A stretch of 55,705 bases of DNA, taken from Patescibacteria group bacterium. Lineage in GTDB: Bacteria > Patescibacteriota > Patescibacteriia > Magasanikbacterales > GWA2-37-8. The position numbers and the translations under genes were made by a program. This document shows positions 17,031-25,442 of this stretch, piece by piece. The notes below the pieces were generated by a model, which worked only from the letters and a program-made list of their open reading frames with translations, ran no database searches and was not told the origin of the DNA. Position 1 is the stretch's first letter. Each line of letters starts with the position of its first letter. Location of the stretch: the NCBI GenBank assembly GCA_022710645.1, contig JAKLGL010000001.1, positions 473,296 through 529,000 on the forward strand, in the 5' to 3' direction.

Positions 17031-17543
17031 TTAAATTTTTATTTTAGATTCTATTTTTTCGTCTATTTTTTTACTCATTTCTTTTAAAAAGGACTTATTT
17101 ATAATGGAGCCATTTGAGAGCTTTGCATCATATTTAAAATTAATTATTATTTCTTTGGCCTGCAGCAATGTTTCATCAAAATCAGGTACATATATTTCTT
17201 CGCCTAATTTTTTACTAAAATCAAGGCTTGGCCTTTTTATTTTGTTTTCAAATTCTTGCTGAATTATCAATTTACTTTCTTCATTTAAATCGTTAAAAAT
17301 CTGATCAAGCTCATGATTTGTTGGGTGGTTTGTGTTTTTATCTAAAAGATAAAATATTTTTAAAACTAATTCAAAACAAAAAGCTTCTATAAATATTTTT
17401 GCTTGCGTGCTTCGAACGAATATCTCCATTCCTTGAGGATTACGTTTTTCATCAATTATTTCTAAAACAGTCAAAAACGATTTAAAACTGAAAACTCTAT
17501 CCTTCATTTGTTGTTGTATTGTTGGTGGACTTTGATCAATCAT
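17031..17543 (-). CDS. all-alpha protein, weakly HEPN-like (170 aa)
   Basis: AFCFELVLKIFYLL....HPTNHELDQIFNDL resembles the HEPN helix pattern (A.E..LK....H.L..L). No clear Rx4-6H motif, so the family call is tentative. Confidence 0.45.
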   Translation of the reverse strand: MIDQSPPTIQQQMKDRVFSFKSFLTVLEIIDEKRNPQGMEIFVRSTQAKIFIEAFCFELVLKIFYLLDKNTNHPTNHELDQIFNDLNEESKLIIQQEFENKIKRPSLDFSKKLGEEIYVPDFDETLLQAKEIIINFKYDAKLSNGSIINKSFLKEMSKKIDEKIESKIKI

Positions 17544-17628
17544 ACATCAAATTGCGTGATCTCTTTTTGTTTCCTGTATTTTCATTTTACTCCCCTTTCT
17601 CCAACATTTCAACTCAACTTTTAAATAC

Positions 17629-17660
17629 AAAAAACCCTGGAATTTCTTCCAAGGTTTTTA
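17629..17660 (-). terminator. terminator of the SLT gene, separating it from the downstream operon
   Basis: aaaaaccctgg-aatttctt-ccaaggttttt (one mismatch in the stem). Confidence 0.5.
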
Positions 17661-17665
17661 TTTTT

Positions 17666-18355
17666 TTATCTCAATTTTCTCGCACAAGACCAGGCTCTCC
17701 AACTTCCATCTTTCAATCTTTTATCAATCGCCCATTTGGTTGCAGATTTATAGTCCATTTTTTCCGCATTGGTCATATTTTTGTGGATACTATTGATTTG
17801 CCAAAGACCCACATCATAAGAACCGTTTTTGTTTACACCGATAGCATCAGGTTGCCAACGACTTTCACAATTAATGATAATCTCGGCTTCTTTGATACTA
17901 AGACCGGCTTTTTTGATTTCATTTAATACCCAAAGTTTCATTTCTTCCTCTTCGGCCAAAGCTTCAGCTTCAGCGTCAGACATATCTATAGGAGCGTTGC
18001 TGTTCATAGCCAAGCGAACTACTTTGGACTTTTGGGTAATATACTGTTTTTCCTCATAGTTCAAAACTAGGTCGTTTTCTCCACTAACAGCTAACCAAGC
18101 TTTTTGCTCTTCTATTTCAGCTAATTTTTTTTCGCTTAAAACCACCGGTATATATTCAGAAAGATTGGTTTTTTGGCTAAAAACAGGCAAAATAATATGA
18201 TCGTCAGTCAATAAAGAGTAACTTTTTACCGTAGAAGTAGCGCAATCTACATAAAACGGGTTGACTAAAACCGAAATAATGGCTAAAATAAGCACAATGT
18301 GTGCGGTTTTGGTGATTTTACTAATATCTGTCTTTAATGTATTGATAGATTCCAT
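17666..18355 (-). CDS. membrane-anchored lytic transglycosylase (SLT domain)
   Basis: 229 aa with an N-terminal anchor; NCESRWQPDAIGVNKNGSYDVGLWQINS contains the catalytic E-S and the GLMQIN-type motif. Confidence 0.85.
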   Translation of the reverse strand: MESINTLKTDISKITKTAHIVLILAIISVLVNPFYVDCATSTVKSYSLLTDDHIILPVFSQKTNLSEYIPVVLSEKKLAEIEEQKAWLAVSGENDLVLNYEEKQYITQKSKVVRLAMNSNAPIDMSDAEAEALAEEEEMKLWVLNEIKKAGLSIKEAEIIINCESRWQPDAIGVNKNGSYDVGLWQINSIHKNMTNAEKMDYKSATKWAIDKRLKDGSWRAWSCARKLR

Positions 18356-18515
18356 AAGTCTGAATTAAAAACGATACCCATTAGAGTATCGCTGCAATAT
18401 ATTAACACAAAAGTATAGCACAAAACCACCTTTTTGTCAAGGGGTCAAAAGTGCGGTATAATATAAAACAATCGGGTTTTTTACCTTAATTTAAACAATA
18501 TTTTAACTTTTACAT

Positions 18516-21353
18516 ATGCCTGCTCCAGGGCTTCGTGAACGTAAAATTTACGGTACGGTTGGCCAAAACAAGGAAGACAATGGGGGTTTACACCGTCCAC
18601 CCAAAAAAAAGTGGTTAAAAAAAATAATCACGGCTTTAATCTATTTAACTTTGTTCGGTTTTGTCGGAGCAACGATTTTTGTATTGTATATTTCCAAAGA
18701 ATTGCCTGATCCGGAAAAAATTTCCGAGCGTCAAGTGTCCCAAAGCACCAAAATCTATGATCGCACTGGCTCCAAACTTCTCTACGAGGTATATCAAGAT
18801 CAAAAACGAACAGTGGTGGATCTCAAAGATATTTCACCTTGGGTTATCAAGTCTACCATTATAATAGAAGACAAACATTTTTACGAACATAGCGGTATTC
18901 GAGTAACCAGTATTATTCGCGCTCAAATCAGCAACCTACTCGGCAGTTCCAGCGGTCGCGGAGGCGCATCAACTCTGACTCAACAACTCATCAAAAATAC
19001 TTTGGTCGGAGACGAATATTCTTATTATCGCAAAATCAAAGAGGCTATTCTCGCCATACGCTTGGAACAAAAATTCAGTAAAGATCAAATTCTGAAAATG
19101 TATTTGAATGAAATTCCTTACGGTTCCACCAATTATGGTATTGAAGCGGCTGCGCAAAGCTATTTGAAAAAAAGTTCTCGTGATTTAACTATCGCCGAAT
19201 CAGCCATGCTCGCCGCCATACCGCAACGCCCCAGTAGATATCTCAATGATTTTGAAGCTCTCAAGTCTCGTCGCGATTATATTTTGAAACTTTTACGAGA
19301 TGACAATCAGATAACAAATAAAGAATACGAAGATGCTATAAATGAAGAGGTAAAACTTACCAAAACTTCCGGCATTTTAGCCGCGCCTCATTTTGTTTTG
19401 TATATCAAACAACTTTTGGCCGATAAATACGGAGAAAAAACCGTAGACAGCGGCGGTTTCAAAGTTATAACTACTTTGGATTTGGATAAACAGTTGATGG
19501 CGGAAAAAATAGTTAAGGAACAAGGAGATAAGTTCGCCAAAGAAGCTAATGCCAATAATGCCGCGCTCGTAGCTATAGACCCGAAAAATTCTCAAATTCT
19601 TTCTATGGTTGGTTCACGCGATTTTGAAAACGACGAAATAAACGGTCAATACAACGTAGCGGTTTTGGGGAAAAGACAACCAGGTTCATCTTTTAAACCT
19701 TTGGTTTATACTTATGCTTTTGAAAAAGGATACACTCCGAGCACTGTGCTTTATGATGTTTTGACCAATTTTGATCGCCGTGAGGGTAGCGAATATATTC
19801 CGGAAAATTATGATGGTAAAGAACACGGGCTGGTCACTCTACGTAAAGCTTTGCAAGGGTCACTCAATATCCCGGCGGTTAAACTTTTATATCTAACCGG
19901 TCTCAAAGACACAATTGAATTTGCCAAGCGTTTCGGTTATACCACTTTTACCGGCGATTATGGTTTGAGTTTAGTGCTCGGTGGCGGAGAAGTAAATTTG
20001 CTTGAACATACCAATGCTTATGCCACTCTGGCTGACAATGGAGTTTATCACGAACCGGTTTCTATTTTGAAAATTATAGATAACACCGGAAAAATAATTG
20101 AGGAATGGAAACCCAACGACGGAAGTAAAGCTGTGGAACCGGAAATAGCCGCAACTATTACCAATGTTTTGAGTGATGACGACTCTCGCGCTTATATTTT
20201 CGGACGCAATAGCACTTTAACATTACCGGATAGGCCTGTAGCTGCCAAAACCGGAACTACCAACGACAACAAAGATGCCTGGACAGTCGGCTATGTACCA
20301 AGTCTTGCCGTAGGTGTTTGGGTAGGCAACACCAAACCGTCACCTATGAAAGCCGGAGGAAATAAATTGGCCGGTGTTATTTTCCAACAGTTTATGAAAG
20401 AAGCTCTTTCCGGAACCGAACCGCAAACATTCCCTCCTTTACCTGAAAATACAACTGACAAACCCATACTTAACGGTTCGGATGGAGGTATCATGGTAAA
20501 ACTTAATCGTTTAAACGGAAAAGTTGCCACGTCTTCCACTCCGCCGGAGCTTATCGAAACACACCTGTATCTTCCGCCTCACGATATTTTATATTATGTA
20601 AATAGAGAAGACCCGCGCGGTCCGGCGCCAAGCGATCCAAGTGTTGATTCCCAATACCAAAATTGGGAAGACGCCTTGCTAGAATGGACACAACGTCAAC
20701 AAGCTGCCGGAATTACTGTAGATTTTTCCGAACCGCCAAGCGAATATGACACCAACTATAATCCCGAACTTTCTCCAAAAATAAATTTGATTTATCCTAC
20801 CGACGGTCTTATTCTCAACAATCGTCAACTGGAAATAAAAGTAAATGCCTCTGCTCCTCGCGGAGTTACTCAGGTTTTTTATTATTTAGATAATAATCGT
20901 TTAGGGTCAAGTAATGAATATCCTTTTTCTTTAAACATATTTTTATCCAAAGTCGATAATGGCGAACACACACTCAAAGCCGTAGCACTGGATGATCAAG
21001 GAAACGCCGGCAGTGAAGAAATAAAAATATTTTTAATGGCCGAGCAAGAACCTCCGAGTTTTGAATTTAAAGATATTTCACCGTTAACTTTGTCTGTTGG
21101 TGATTATCCTTATAAAGTCGGAGTAAAACCTTTTCGTTGGGATAATGCCAAAAATATTCAAATTTATTTGGAAGGATTTGGAACTAAAAAATTGATTTAT
21201 ACTTTTGATAAAAATGACCAAATGGAAAACGGCGTCTTATCTTTTACTTGGAAAAAAACTCCGGGAACGGGAGCTTGGACTTTGCGCGGAATTCTCACTG
21301 ATAACGAAGGAAAAACTTTTGAAAGCAGTTTAGAAATAATCGCCACACCTTAA
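18516..21353 (+). CDS. class A penicillin-binding protein (GT51 transglycosylase + transpeptidase) with a ~200-aa Ig-like C-terminal extension
   Basis: EDKHFYEHSGI, GASTLTQQL, RKIKE (GT51 motifs); SSFKP, SLN, KTGTT (transpeptidase motifs); N-terminal TM anchor. Confidence 0.95.
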   Translation: MPAPGLRERKIYGTVGQNKEDNGGLHRPPKKKWLKKIITALIYLTLFGFVGATIFVLYISKELPDPEKISERQVSQSTKIYDRTGSKLLYEVYQDQKRTVVDLKDISPWVIKSTIIIEDKHFYEHSGIRVTSIIRAQISNLLGSSSGRGGASTLTQQLIKNTLVGDEYSYYRKIKEAILAIRLEQKFSKDQILKMYLNEIPYGSTNYGIEAAAQSYLKKSSRDLTIAESAMLAAIPQRPSRYLNDFEALKSRRDYILKLLRDDNQITNKEYEDAINEEVKLTKTSGILAAPHFVLYIKQLLADKYGEKTVDSGGFKVITTLDLDKQLMAEKIVKEQGDKFAKEANANNAALVAIDPKNSQILSMVGSRDFENDEINGQYNVAVLGKRQPGSSFKPLVYTYAFEKGYTPSTVLYDVLTNFDRREGSEYIPENYDGKEHGLVTLRKALQGSLNIPAVKLLYLTGLKDTIEFAKRFGYTTFTGDYGLSLVLGGGEVNLLEHTNAYATLADNGVYHEPVSILKIIDNTGKIIEEWKPNDGSKAVEPEIAATITNVLSDDDSRAYIFGRNSTLTLPDRPVAAKTGTTNDNKDAWTVGYVPSLAVGVWVGNTKPSPMKAGGNKLAGVIFQQFMKEALSGTEPQTFPPLPENTTDKPILNGSDGGIMVKLNRLNGKVATSSTPPELIETHLYLPPHDILYYVNREDPRGPAPSDPSVDSQYQNWEDALLEWTQRQQAAGITVDFSEPPSEYDTNYNPELSPKINLIYPTDGLILNNRQLEIKVNASAPRGVTQVFYYLDNNRLGSSNEYPFSLNIFLSKVDNGEHTLKAVALDDQGNAGSEEIKIFLMAEQEPPSFEFKDISPLTLSVGDYPYKVGVKPFRWDNAKNIQIYLEGFGTKKLIYTFDKNDQMENGVLSFTWKKTPGTGAWTLRGILTDNEGKTFESSLEIIATP

Positions 21354-21366
21354 GACCCTCTGACTC

Positions 21367-21407
21367 TTGACAAAACCGACTGTTTGGCTTATGCTAAACA
21401 GTCGGTT
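21367..21407 (+). promoter_or_regulatory. sigma70-type promoter (TTGACA-17-TATGCT) with an embedded 12-bp inverted repeat
   Basis: TTGACA at 21367-21372, 17-nt spacer, TATGCT at 21390-21395. The inverted repeat aaccgactgttt (21374-21385) / aaacagtcggtt (21396-21407) brackets the -10. Confidence 0.55.
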
Positions 21408-21429
21408 CTTTAATTAATGGGGGAAAACC

Positions 21430-21612
21430 ATGGACATCATCTGGCTTGCTCAGGAAATTTTTAAAAAGACCGTTGAAAACGGTATTGCCTTTTTTCAAAA
21501 CGCCCAGGACAAGCCAGTGGCTCTCGTCTGGGTTCTGATCGGGTTGGTTCTAACTGTCACTGTGGTGATGGCCAACCATGATCATCGCAAAAACAAAAAC
21601 CCGCCGGAATAG
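21430..21612 (+). CDS. small C-terminally anchored protein (60 aa)
   Basis: ORF follows the promoter and a ggggg RBS-like run; hydrophobic helix VALVWVLIGLVLTVTVVM. Confidence 0.5.
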   Translation: MDIIWLAQEIFKKTVENGIAFFQNAQDKPVALVWVLIGLVLTVTVVMANHDHRKNKNPPE

Positions 21613-21626
21613 GCGGGCTTTTTTAT
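21598..21626 (+). terminator. rho-independent terminator
   Basis: cccgcc-ggaata-ggcggg followed by cttttttatt; the stop codon lies in the loop. Confidence 0.7.
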
Positions 21627-21690
21627 TTACCCTGTGAAATGGCACTTAGTGCCGATTTTACCTCATGGTAAAATTATTTCACAGGGTAAA
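21626..21690. other. 65-nt three-way-junction palindromic element between dnaN and the small gene
   Basis: Outer 15-bp stem tttaccctgtgaaat (21626-21640) / atttcacagggtaaa (21676-21690) encloses two hairpins: ggcac-tta-gtgcc and attttacc-tcat-ggtaaaat. Confidence 0.5.
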
Positions 21691-21692
21691 TT

Positions 21693-22823
21693 TTATTGTC
21701 TTATCGGCATTACAATATACAAATAATTCGAATCTTCTTTACTGGTTAAAAGACAAGGACTATCGGCATTAATCATTTTTATTTCTCCGCTTTGCCCTTC
21801 CATATTGGAAAGTCCTTCGAGTAAATATCTGTGATTCAATAAAATATTGTTTTTTTCTCCGGTAATTTGACTTTCCACTTCAGATTTATATTCGCCGGTT
21901 TGAGTGGAGGTGGAAGAAATGTTTATCAAACCTTTTTCCGGATTCATTTCCACACTTATGGCGTTTACACCCGCAGTAGTAAACAAACTGGCGGCTTTTA
22001 TTTCTTTGATAAATTTATTAACTTCAAACTCCGCCGTGGTTTTAAAATCTTTGGGAATAATTTGCGGATAATCCGGATACTGTCCATCCACTAAACGTGA
22101 CACCAACTGCACACTGCCATAATGAAGAGCTATTTGATTATCGCCGATAAGCAAACGAGCGTTTTTTTCTTCACTTATTTCCCCTGTTCCGGCACTCAAA
22201 ATATGCATTATTTCATTGGCAGCTCGCCCTGGTACTATTATTTTTAACGGTTCTTCAATACTTTGCTCAAGCGATAATTTTTTTTCAGCCAAACGATAAC
22301 TATCAGTAGCCGCTAAAGTTAAAATTTTATCCCCATTTACATTAAATCCGAAAAATACACCTGCCAATTCCGGTCTAATATCGCTTTTGGCCGCAGAAGA
22401 AGCGACTTCGGAAAGTCCTTTTTTAAAGTCTCTTGCAGACAAAGCAAATCCTTTACCTTCATTCATGGAAGGAATAACCGGAAATTCGTCAGCCGGCGAT
22501 CCTTTGATACGAGTAGCACTACGTCCGCAAACTACCGATAATTCATTTTCTTTCAATTCAAAATCTATTTTTTCTTCGGTCATCAAATTAACAAAATCCA
22601 AAAGAGTTCTGCCGGGAACGGTAAAAATACCCGGTTCGTCAACTATAGCTCTGACATTGGCCACTATAGCCAATTCCAAATTAGTGGAAGATATTTCCAC
22701 TTTTTGAGCTTCGGCTCTCAATAGTACATTACTTAAAATCGGTAAATTCACATTTTTGGTCGCCAACCCGGCCACCAACGAAAGAGCTTGGGCTAAATTG
22801 TCTTTGGTACAAGAAAATTTCAT
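21693..22823 (-). CDS. dnaN: DNA polymerase III beta sliding clamp
   Basis: 376 aa; MKFSCTKDNLAQALSLV...PILSNVLL start typical of DnaN; lies 22 nt downstream of dnaA. Confidence 0.97.
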   Translation of the reverse strand: MKFSCTKDNLAQALSLVAGLATKNVNLPILSNVLLRAEAQKVEISSTNLELAIVANVRAIVDEPGIFTVPGRTLLDFVNLMTEEKIDFELKENELSVVCGRSATRIKGSPADEFPVIPSMNEGKGFALSARDFKKGLSEVASSAAKSDIRPELAGVFFGFNVNGDKILTLAATDSYRLAEKKLSLEQSIEEPLKIIVPGRAANEIMHILSAGTGEISEEKNARLLIGDNQIALHYGSVQLVSRLVDGQYPDYPQIIPKDFKTTAEFEVNKFIKEIKAASLFTTAGVNAISVEMNPEKGLINISSTSTQTGEYKSEVESQITGEKNNILLNHRYLLEGLSNMEGQSGEIKMINADSPCLLTSKEDSNYLYIVMPIRQ

Positions 22824-22845
22824 ATTAAAATTAAAATCAACCTCC

Positions 22846-24243
22846 TTAGCTATTATAAATTTTTTGTTTGATAAGTTCTATCTCTTGTCGCAACTTCATG
22901 TCTTTTTCAATTTCGGTTTTTATTTTTTCATGAGCGTGCATCGCGGTGGTATGGTCGCGACCGCCGAGTTCTTCACCGATAGAAGGATATGACATTTTCA
23001 AATCTTCTCTCAACATATACATGATAATCTGACGAGGAAAAGATAGTTTCTTTTCACGGCTTTTTCCCAAGAGGTCGTTAAGCGCCACATTATAAAATCC
23101 GCCGACCACTTCCGTTATTTGTTTGGGGGTAATCATCTTTTGACCTTGAGATGCCTCCACACTGCTCAAAATATTTTTGATTGATTCCGGAGTCGGTGTC
23201 ATATTTTTGAGCTGATGAAAAACTATGATTTTATTTAATGCGCCTTCCAACTCACGAATATTGCTTTGAACCGTAGACGCTATCAAAAATAAAGATTTTT
23301 CGCTTAATTCAAAATTCTTTTCTTCGCACTTCTTTTTCAAAATAGCCGCGCGAGTTTCAAAATCAGGAGAAGAGATGTCCGCAATCATACCCCATTCAAA
23401 ACGAGATTTTAAACGATCTTCAAGCATCGGTATGGCTTTTGGCGGTCTGTCGGAAGTTAAAACAACTTGTTTATTTTGTTGATGTAATTCGTTGAAGGTA
23501 TGAAAAAAAGATTCTTGAGTTCTATCTTTGCCGGCAATAAATTGGATATCGTCTATCAAAAGCAAATCTACATTACGATAACGATTTTGAAATTCTTTAG
23601 CCTTACCTTCTTGAACCGATTGAATAAAATCGTTGGAAAATTTTTCCGCGCTTACATAAACTATGTTGGCCGCGGGATTGTTTTTCAAAATAGAATTTCC
23701 AATAGCTTGTAATAAATGTGTTTTTCCCAAACCCACTCCGCCATAAATAAAAAGCGGATTATATGATTCACCCGGTTTACTAACTACTGCTTGTGCGGCA
23801 GCATAAGCCAATTCGCTTCCTTTTCCAACCACATAACTTTCAAAAACATATTTTGGATTCAAAGTAAAAGAAGAACCGGTATTGTTTTGATTTTTTAATT
23901 TATTACTAAAATTTTCCAAAACTGTTTCTTGTTTGTTTTCCAGATTGGCTTTGGCCGGGGCGCTAAAATCTATTTCATGTTCAACTACATTTTTGATATT
24001 ATCTATTTTATATTCCAATCTTTTTACAGGTCTCTCGGTAATTCTTTCCAAAGATTTTATTATCATTACGTGATATTTTTTCTCAAGCCAAGCTTTGGCA
24101 AAAGTATTGGGAACGCAAATCACCACTTGTCCGTCATTAATTGCCACAATACCGGTATTTTTAAACCAAGTTATAAAATTAGCTTTTGAAATGGAAAGCT
24201 CCAACTCAGCAAGTACTGCCTGCCAAACTTCGGTATTATTCAT
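22846..24243 (-). CDS. dnaA: chromosomal replication initiator DnaA
   Basis: GGVGLGKTHLLQAIGN Walker A, LLIDDIQF Walker B, C-terminal GGRDHTTAMHAHEKI DNA-binding signature. Confidence 0.97.
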   Translation of the reverse strand: MNNTEVWQAVLAELELSISKANFITWFKNTGIVAINDGQVVICVPNTFAKAWLEKKYHVMIIKSLERITERPVKRLEYKIDNIKNVVEHEIDFSAPAKANLENKQETVLENFSNKLKNQNNTGSSFTLNPKYVFESYVVGKGSELAYAAAQAVVSKPGESYNPLFIYGGVGLGKTHLLQAIGNSILKNNPAANIVYVSAEKFSNDFIQSVQEGKAKEFQNRYRNVDLLLIDDIQFIAGKDRTQESFFHTFNELHQQNKQVVLTSDRPPKAIPMLEDRLKSRFEWGMIADISSPDFETRAAILKKKCEEKNFELSEKSLFLIASTVQSNIRELEGALNKIIVFHQLKNMTPTPESIKNILSSVEASQGQKMITPKQITEVVGGFYNVALNDLLGKSREKKLSFPRQIIMYMLREDLKMSYPSIGEELGGRDHTTAMHAHEKIKTEIEKDMKLRQEIELIKQKIYNS

Positions 24244-24335
24244 AATATTAAATTTTGTTTTATTTTAGATAAATTTGCGTTTATCTAATAATAACAGTAT
24301 TTTAACGTTTTTTTAATTATTTACCGTGTACAAGT

Positions 24336-24365
24336 TGTGGAAAAACTGTGGATAACTGTGGATAA
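24336..24365. promoter_or_regulatory. three DnaA boxes in the dnaA-rpmH intergenic region
   Basis: tgtggaaaa (24336-24344), tgtggataa (24347-24355), tgtggataa (24357-24365); the last two are the exact reverse complement of TTATCCACA. Confidence 0.7.
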
Positions 24366-24376
24366 CTTTTATACCC

Positions 24377-24405
24377 TTGACTTTCTCCTTTTTTTGCTAT
24401 ATATT
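24377..24405 (+). promoter_or_regulatory. rpmH promoter TTGACT-17-TATATT
   Basis: TTGACT at 24377-24382, 17-nt spacer, TATATT at 24400-24405, 29 nt upstream of the rpmH ATG. Confidence 0.5.
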
Positions 24406-24434
24406 AATCATAACTTAACTTAACCTTATCTTTT

Positions 24435-24611
24435 ATGCCTAAAAGAACGTTTCAACCAAACAAAAGAAAAAGAGCAAAAACACATGGTTTTTTGACCAAA
24501 ATGAAATCCGCCGGCGGTCGCTCAGTGCTTTCCCGCAGACGATCAAAAGGACGTAAAAAACTCACTGTTTCCGATGAAAAACAAGGTAAAAGAACCAGAA
24601 AAACCAGATAA
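24435..24611 (+). CDS. rpmH: 50S ribosomal protein L34 (58 aa, absent from the ORF track)
   Basis: Translated by hand: [58 protein letters not shown]; canonical L34 N-terminus; upstream of rnpA. Confidence 0.9.
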   Translation: MPKRTFQPNKRKRAKTHGFLTKMKSAGGRSVLSRRRSKGRKKLTVSDEKQGKRTRKTR

Positions 24612-24618
24612 ATCTCTT

Positions 24619-24653
24619 AATCCGTCCCGATTTTACATCGGGACGGATTTTTT
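24619..24653 (+). terminator. hairpin after rpmH (terminator or attenuator before rnpA)
   Basis: aatccgtcccga-ttttaca-tcgggacggatt followed by tttt. Confidence 0.7.
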
Positions 24654-24701
24654 GAAAAAGATGACTTGTTTTTGTTTTTTTGTTAAAATTAAATAATCAA
24701 T

Positions 24702-25085
24702 ATGTTACCAAAAGAAAATCGTTTAACAAAAATTCGCGACTTTAATCTGCTTTTTAAATATGGAGTCTATATTTCCGGACGTCTTTTGGATTTAAAGTTG
24801 CTAAAATTAGCCAAAATTTCTGATTATTTTCCAAAAAAAGAAGATCCTCAATATTTTAAAAACCAATTACTCGTAGGCATTAGCGTTGGAATCAAAATTT
24901 CTAAAAAAGCGGTTGTTAGAAATAAAATCAAAAGACAAATTAGAGAAATTTTACGCTTATCTCTGCAAAAAAACGAGATTATGCCTGGATATTATTTATT
25001 GTTTATTGCAAAGAAAGAAGCGGTTGGAAAGGAAAATCTTGAACTTGAAAAAGAAGTAAAAAGCTTGTTAGGAAAGATTCGTTAA
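24702..25085 (+). CDS. rnpA: RNase P protein component
   Basis: 127 aa, basic; [14 protein letters not shown] start and [14 protein letters not shown] (RNR-like motif); conserved position after rpmH. Confidence 0.9.
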   Translation: MLPKENRLTKIRDFNLLFKYGVYISGRLLDLKLLKLAKISDYFPKKEDPQYFKNQLLVGISVGIKISKKAVVRNKIKRQIREILRLSLQKNEIMPGYYLLFIAKKEAVGKENLELEKEVKSLLGKIR

Positions 25086-25095
25086 TTTCATAGCC

Positions 25096-25356
25096 ATGTT
25101 TTTTATTAAAAAAATCTTATTTATTCCCCGCCTCCCCTTCCTTTGGCTGATTCGCTTATATCAACACACCCTTTCTCCTGATCATGGACCGTTAAAAAAT
25201 GTATTTCCTCACGGCTATTGCCGTTTTTATCCGACTTGTAGCGAATATTCGTATCAAGTTATAAAAAAACAAGGCCTTCTTATCGGCCTGCTAAAATCTT
25301 TTTGGCGAATTTTACGTTGTAATCCCTGGAATGCTGGCGGGGTTGACTTGCCATAA
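25096..25356 (+). CDS. yidD: membrane protein insertion efficiency factor YidD
   Basis: [11 protein letters not shown]....[18 protein letters not shown]...G.....[11 protein letters not shown]. Confidence 0.9.
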   Translation: MFFIKKILFIPRLPFLWLIRLYQHTLSPDHGPLKNVFPHGYCRFYPTCSEYSYQVIKKQGLLIGLLKSFWRILRCNPWNAGGVDLP

Positions 25357-25364
25357 AGTCTTTA

Positions 25365-25405
25365 TTGACAAAAACCGACGGTTCCTATATAATAGGCCGT
25401 CGGTT
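25365..25405 (+). promoter_or_regulatory. sigma70 consensus promoter (TTGACA-17-TATAAT) with an embedded inverted repeat related to 21367-21407
   Basis: TTGACA at 25365-25370, 17-nt spacer, TATAAT at 25388-25393. Inverted repeat aaccgacgg (25373-25381) / ccgtcggtt (25397-25405). Same ttgacaaaa(a)ccgac...gtcggttcttt frame as the 21367 copy. Confidence 0.55.
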
Positions 25406-25442
25406 CTTTTTATTTTAAATTCTTTTTTATAAGAGGTGAAAA

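Noticed and set aside
13630-18355. Calling the AT-rich island a mobile element or prophage.
   Set aside because: No integrase, transposase, terminal repeats, capsid, portal or terminase genes are visible. It is reported only as a compositional island with alternative interpretations.
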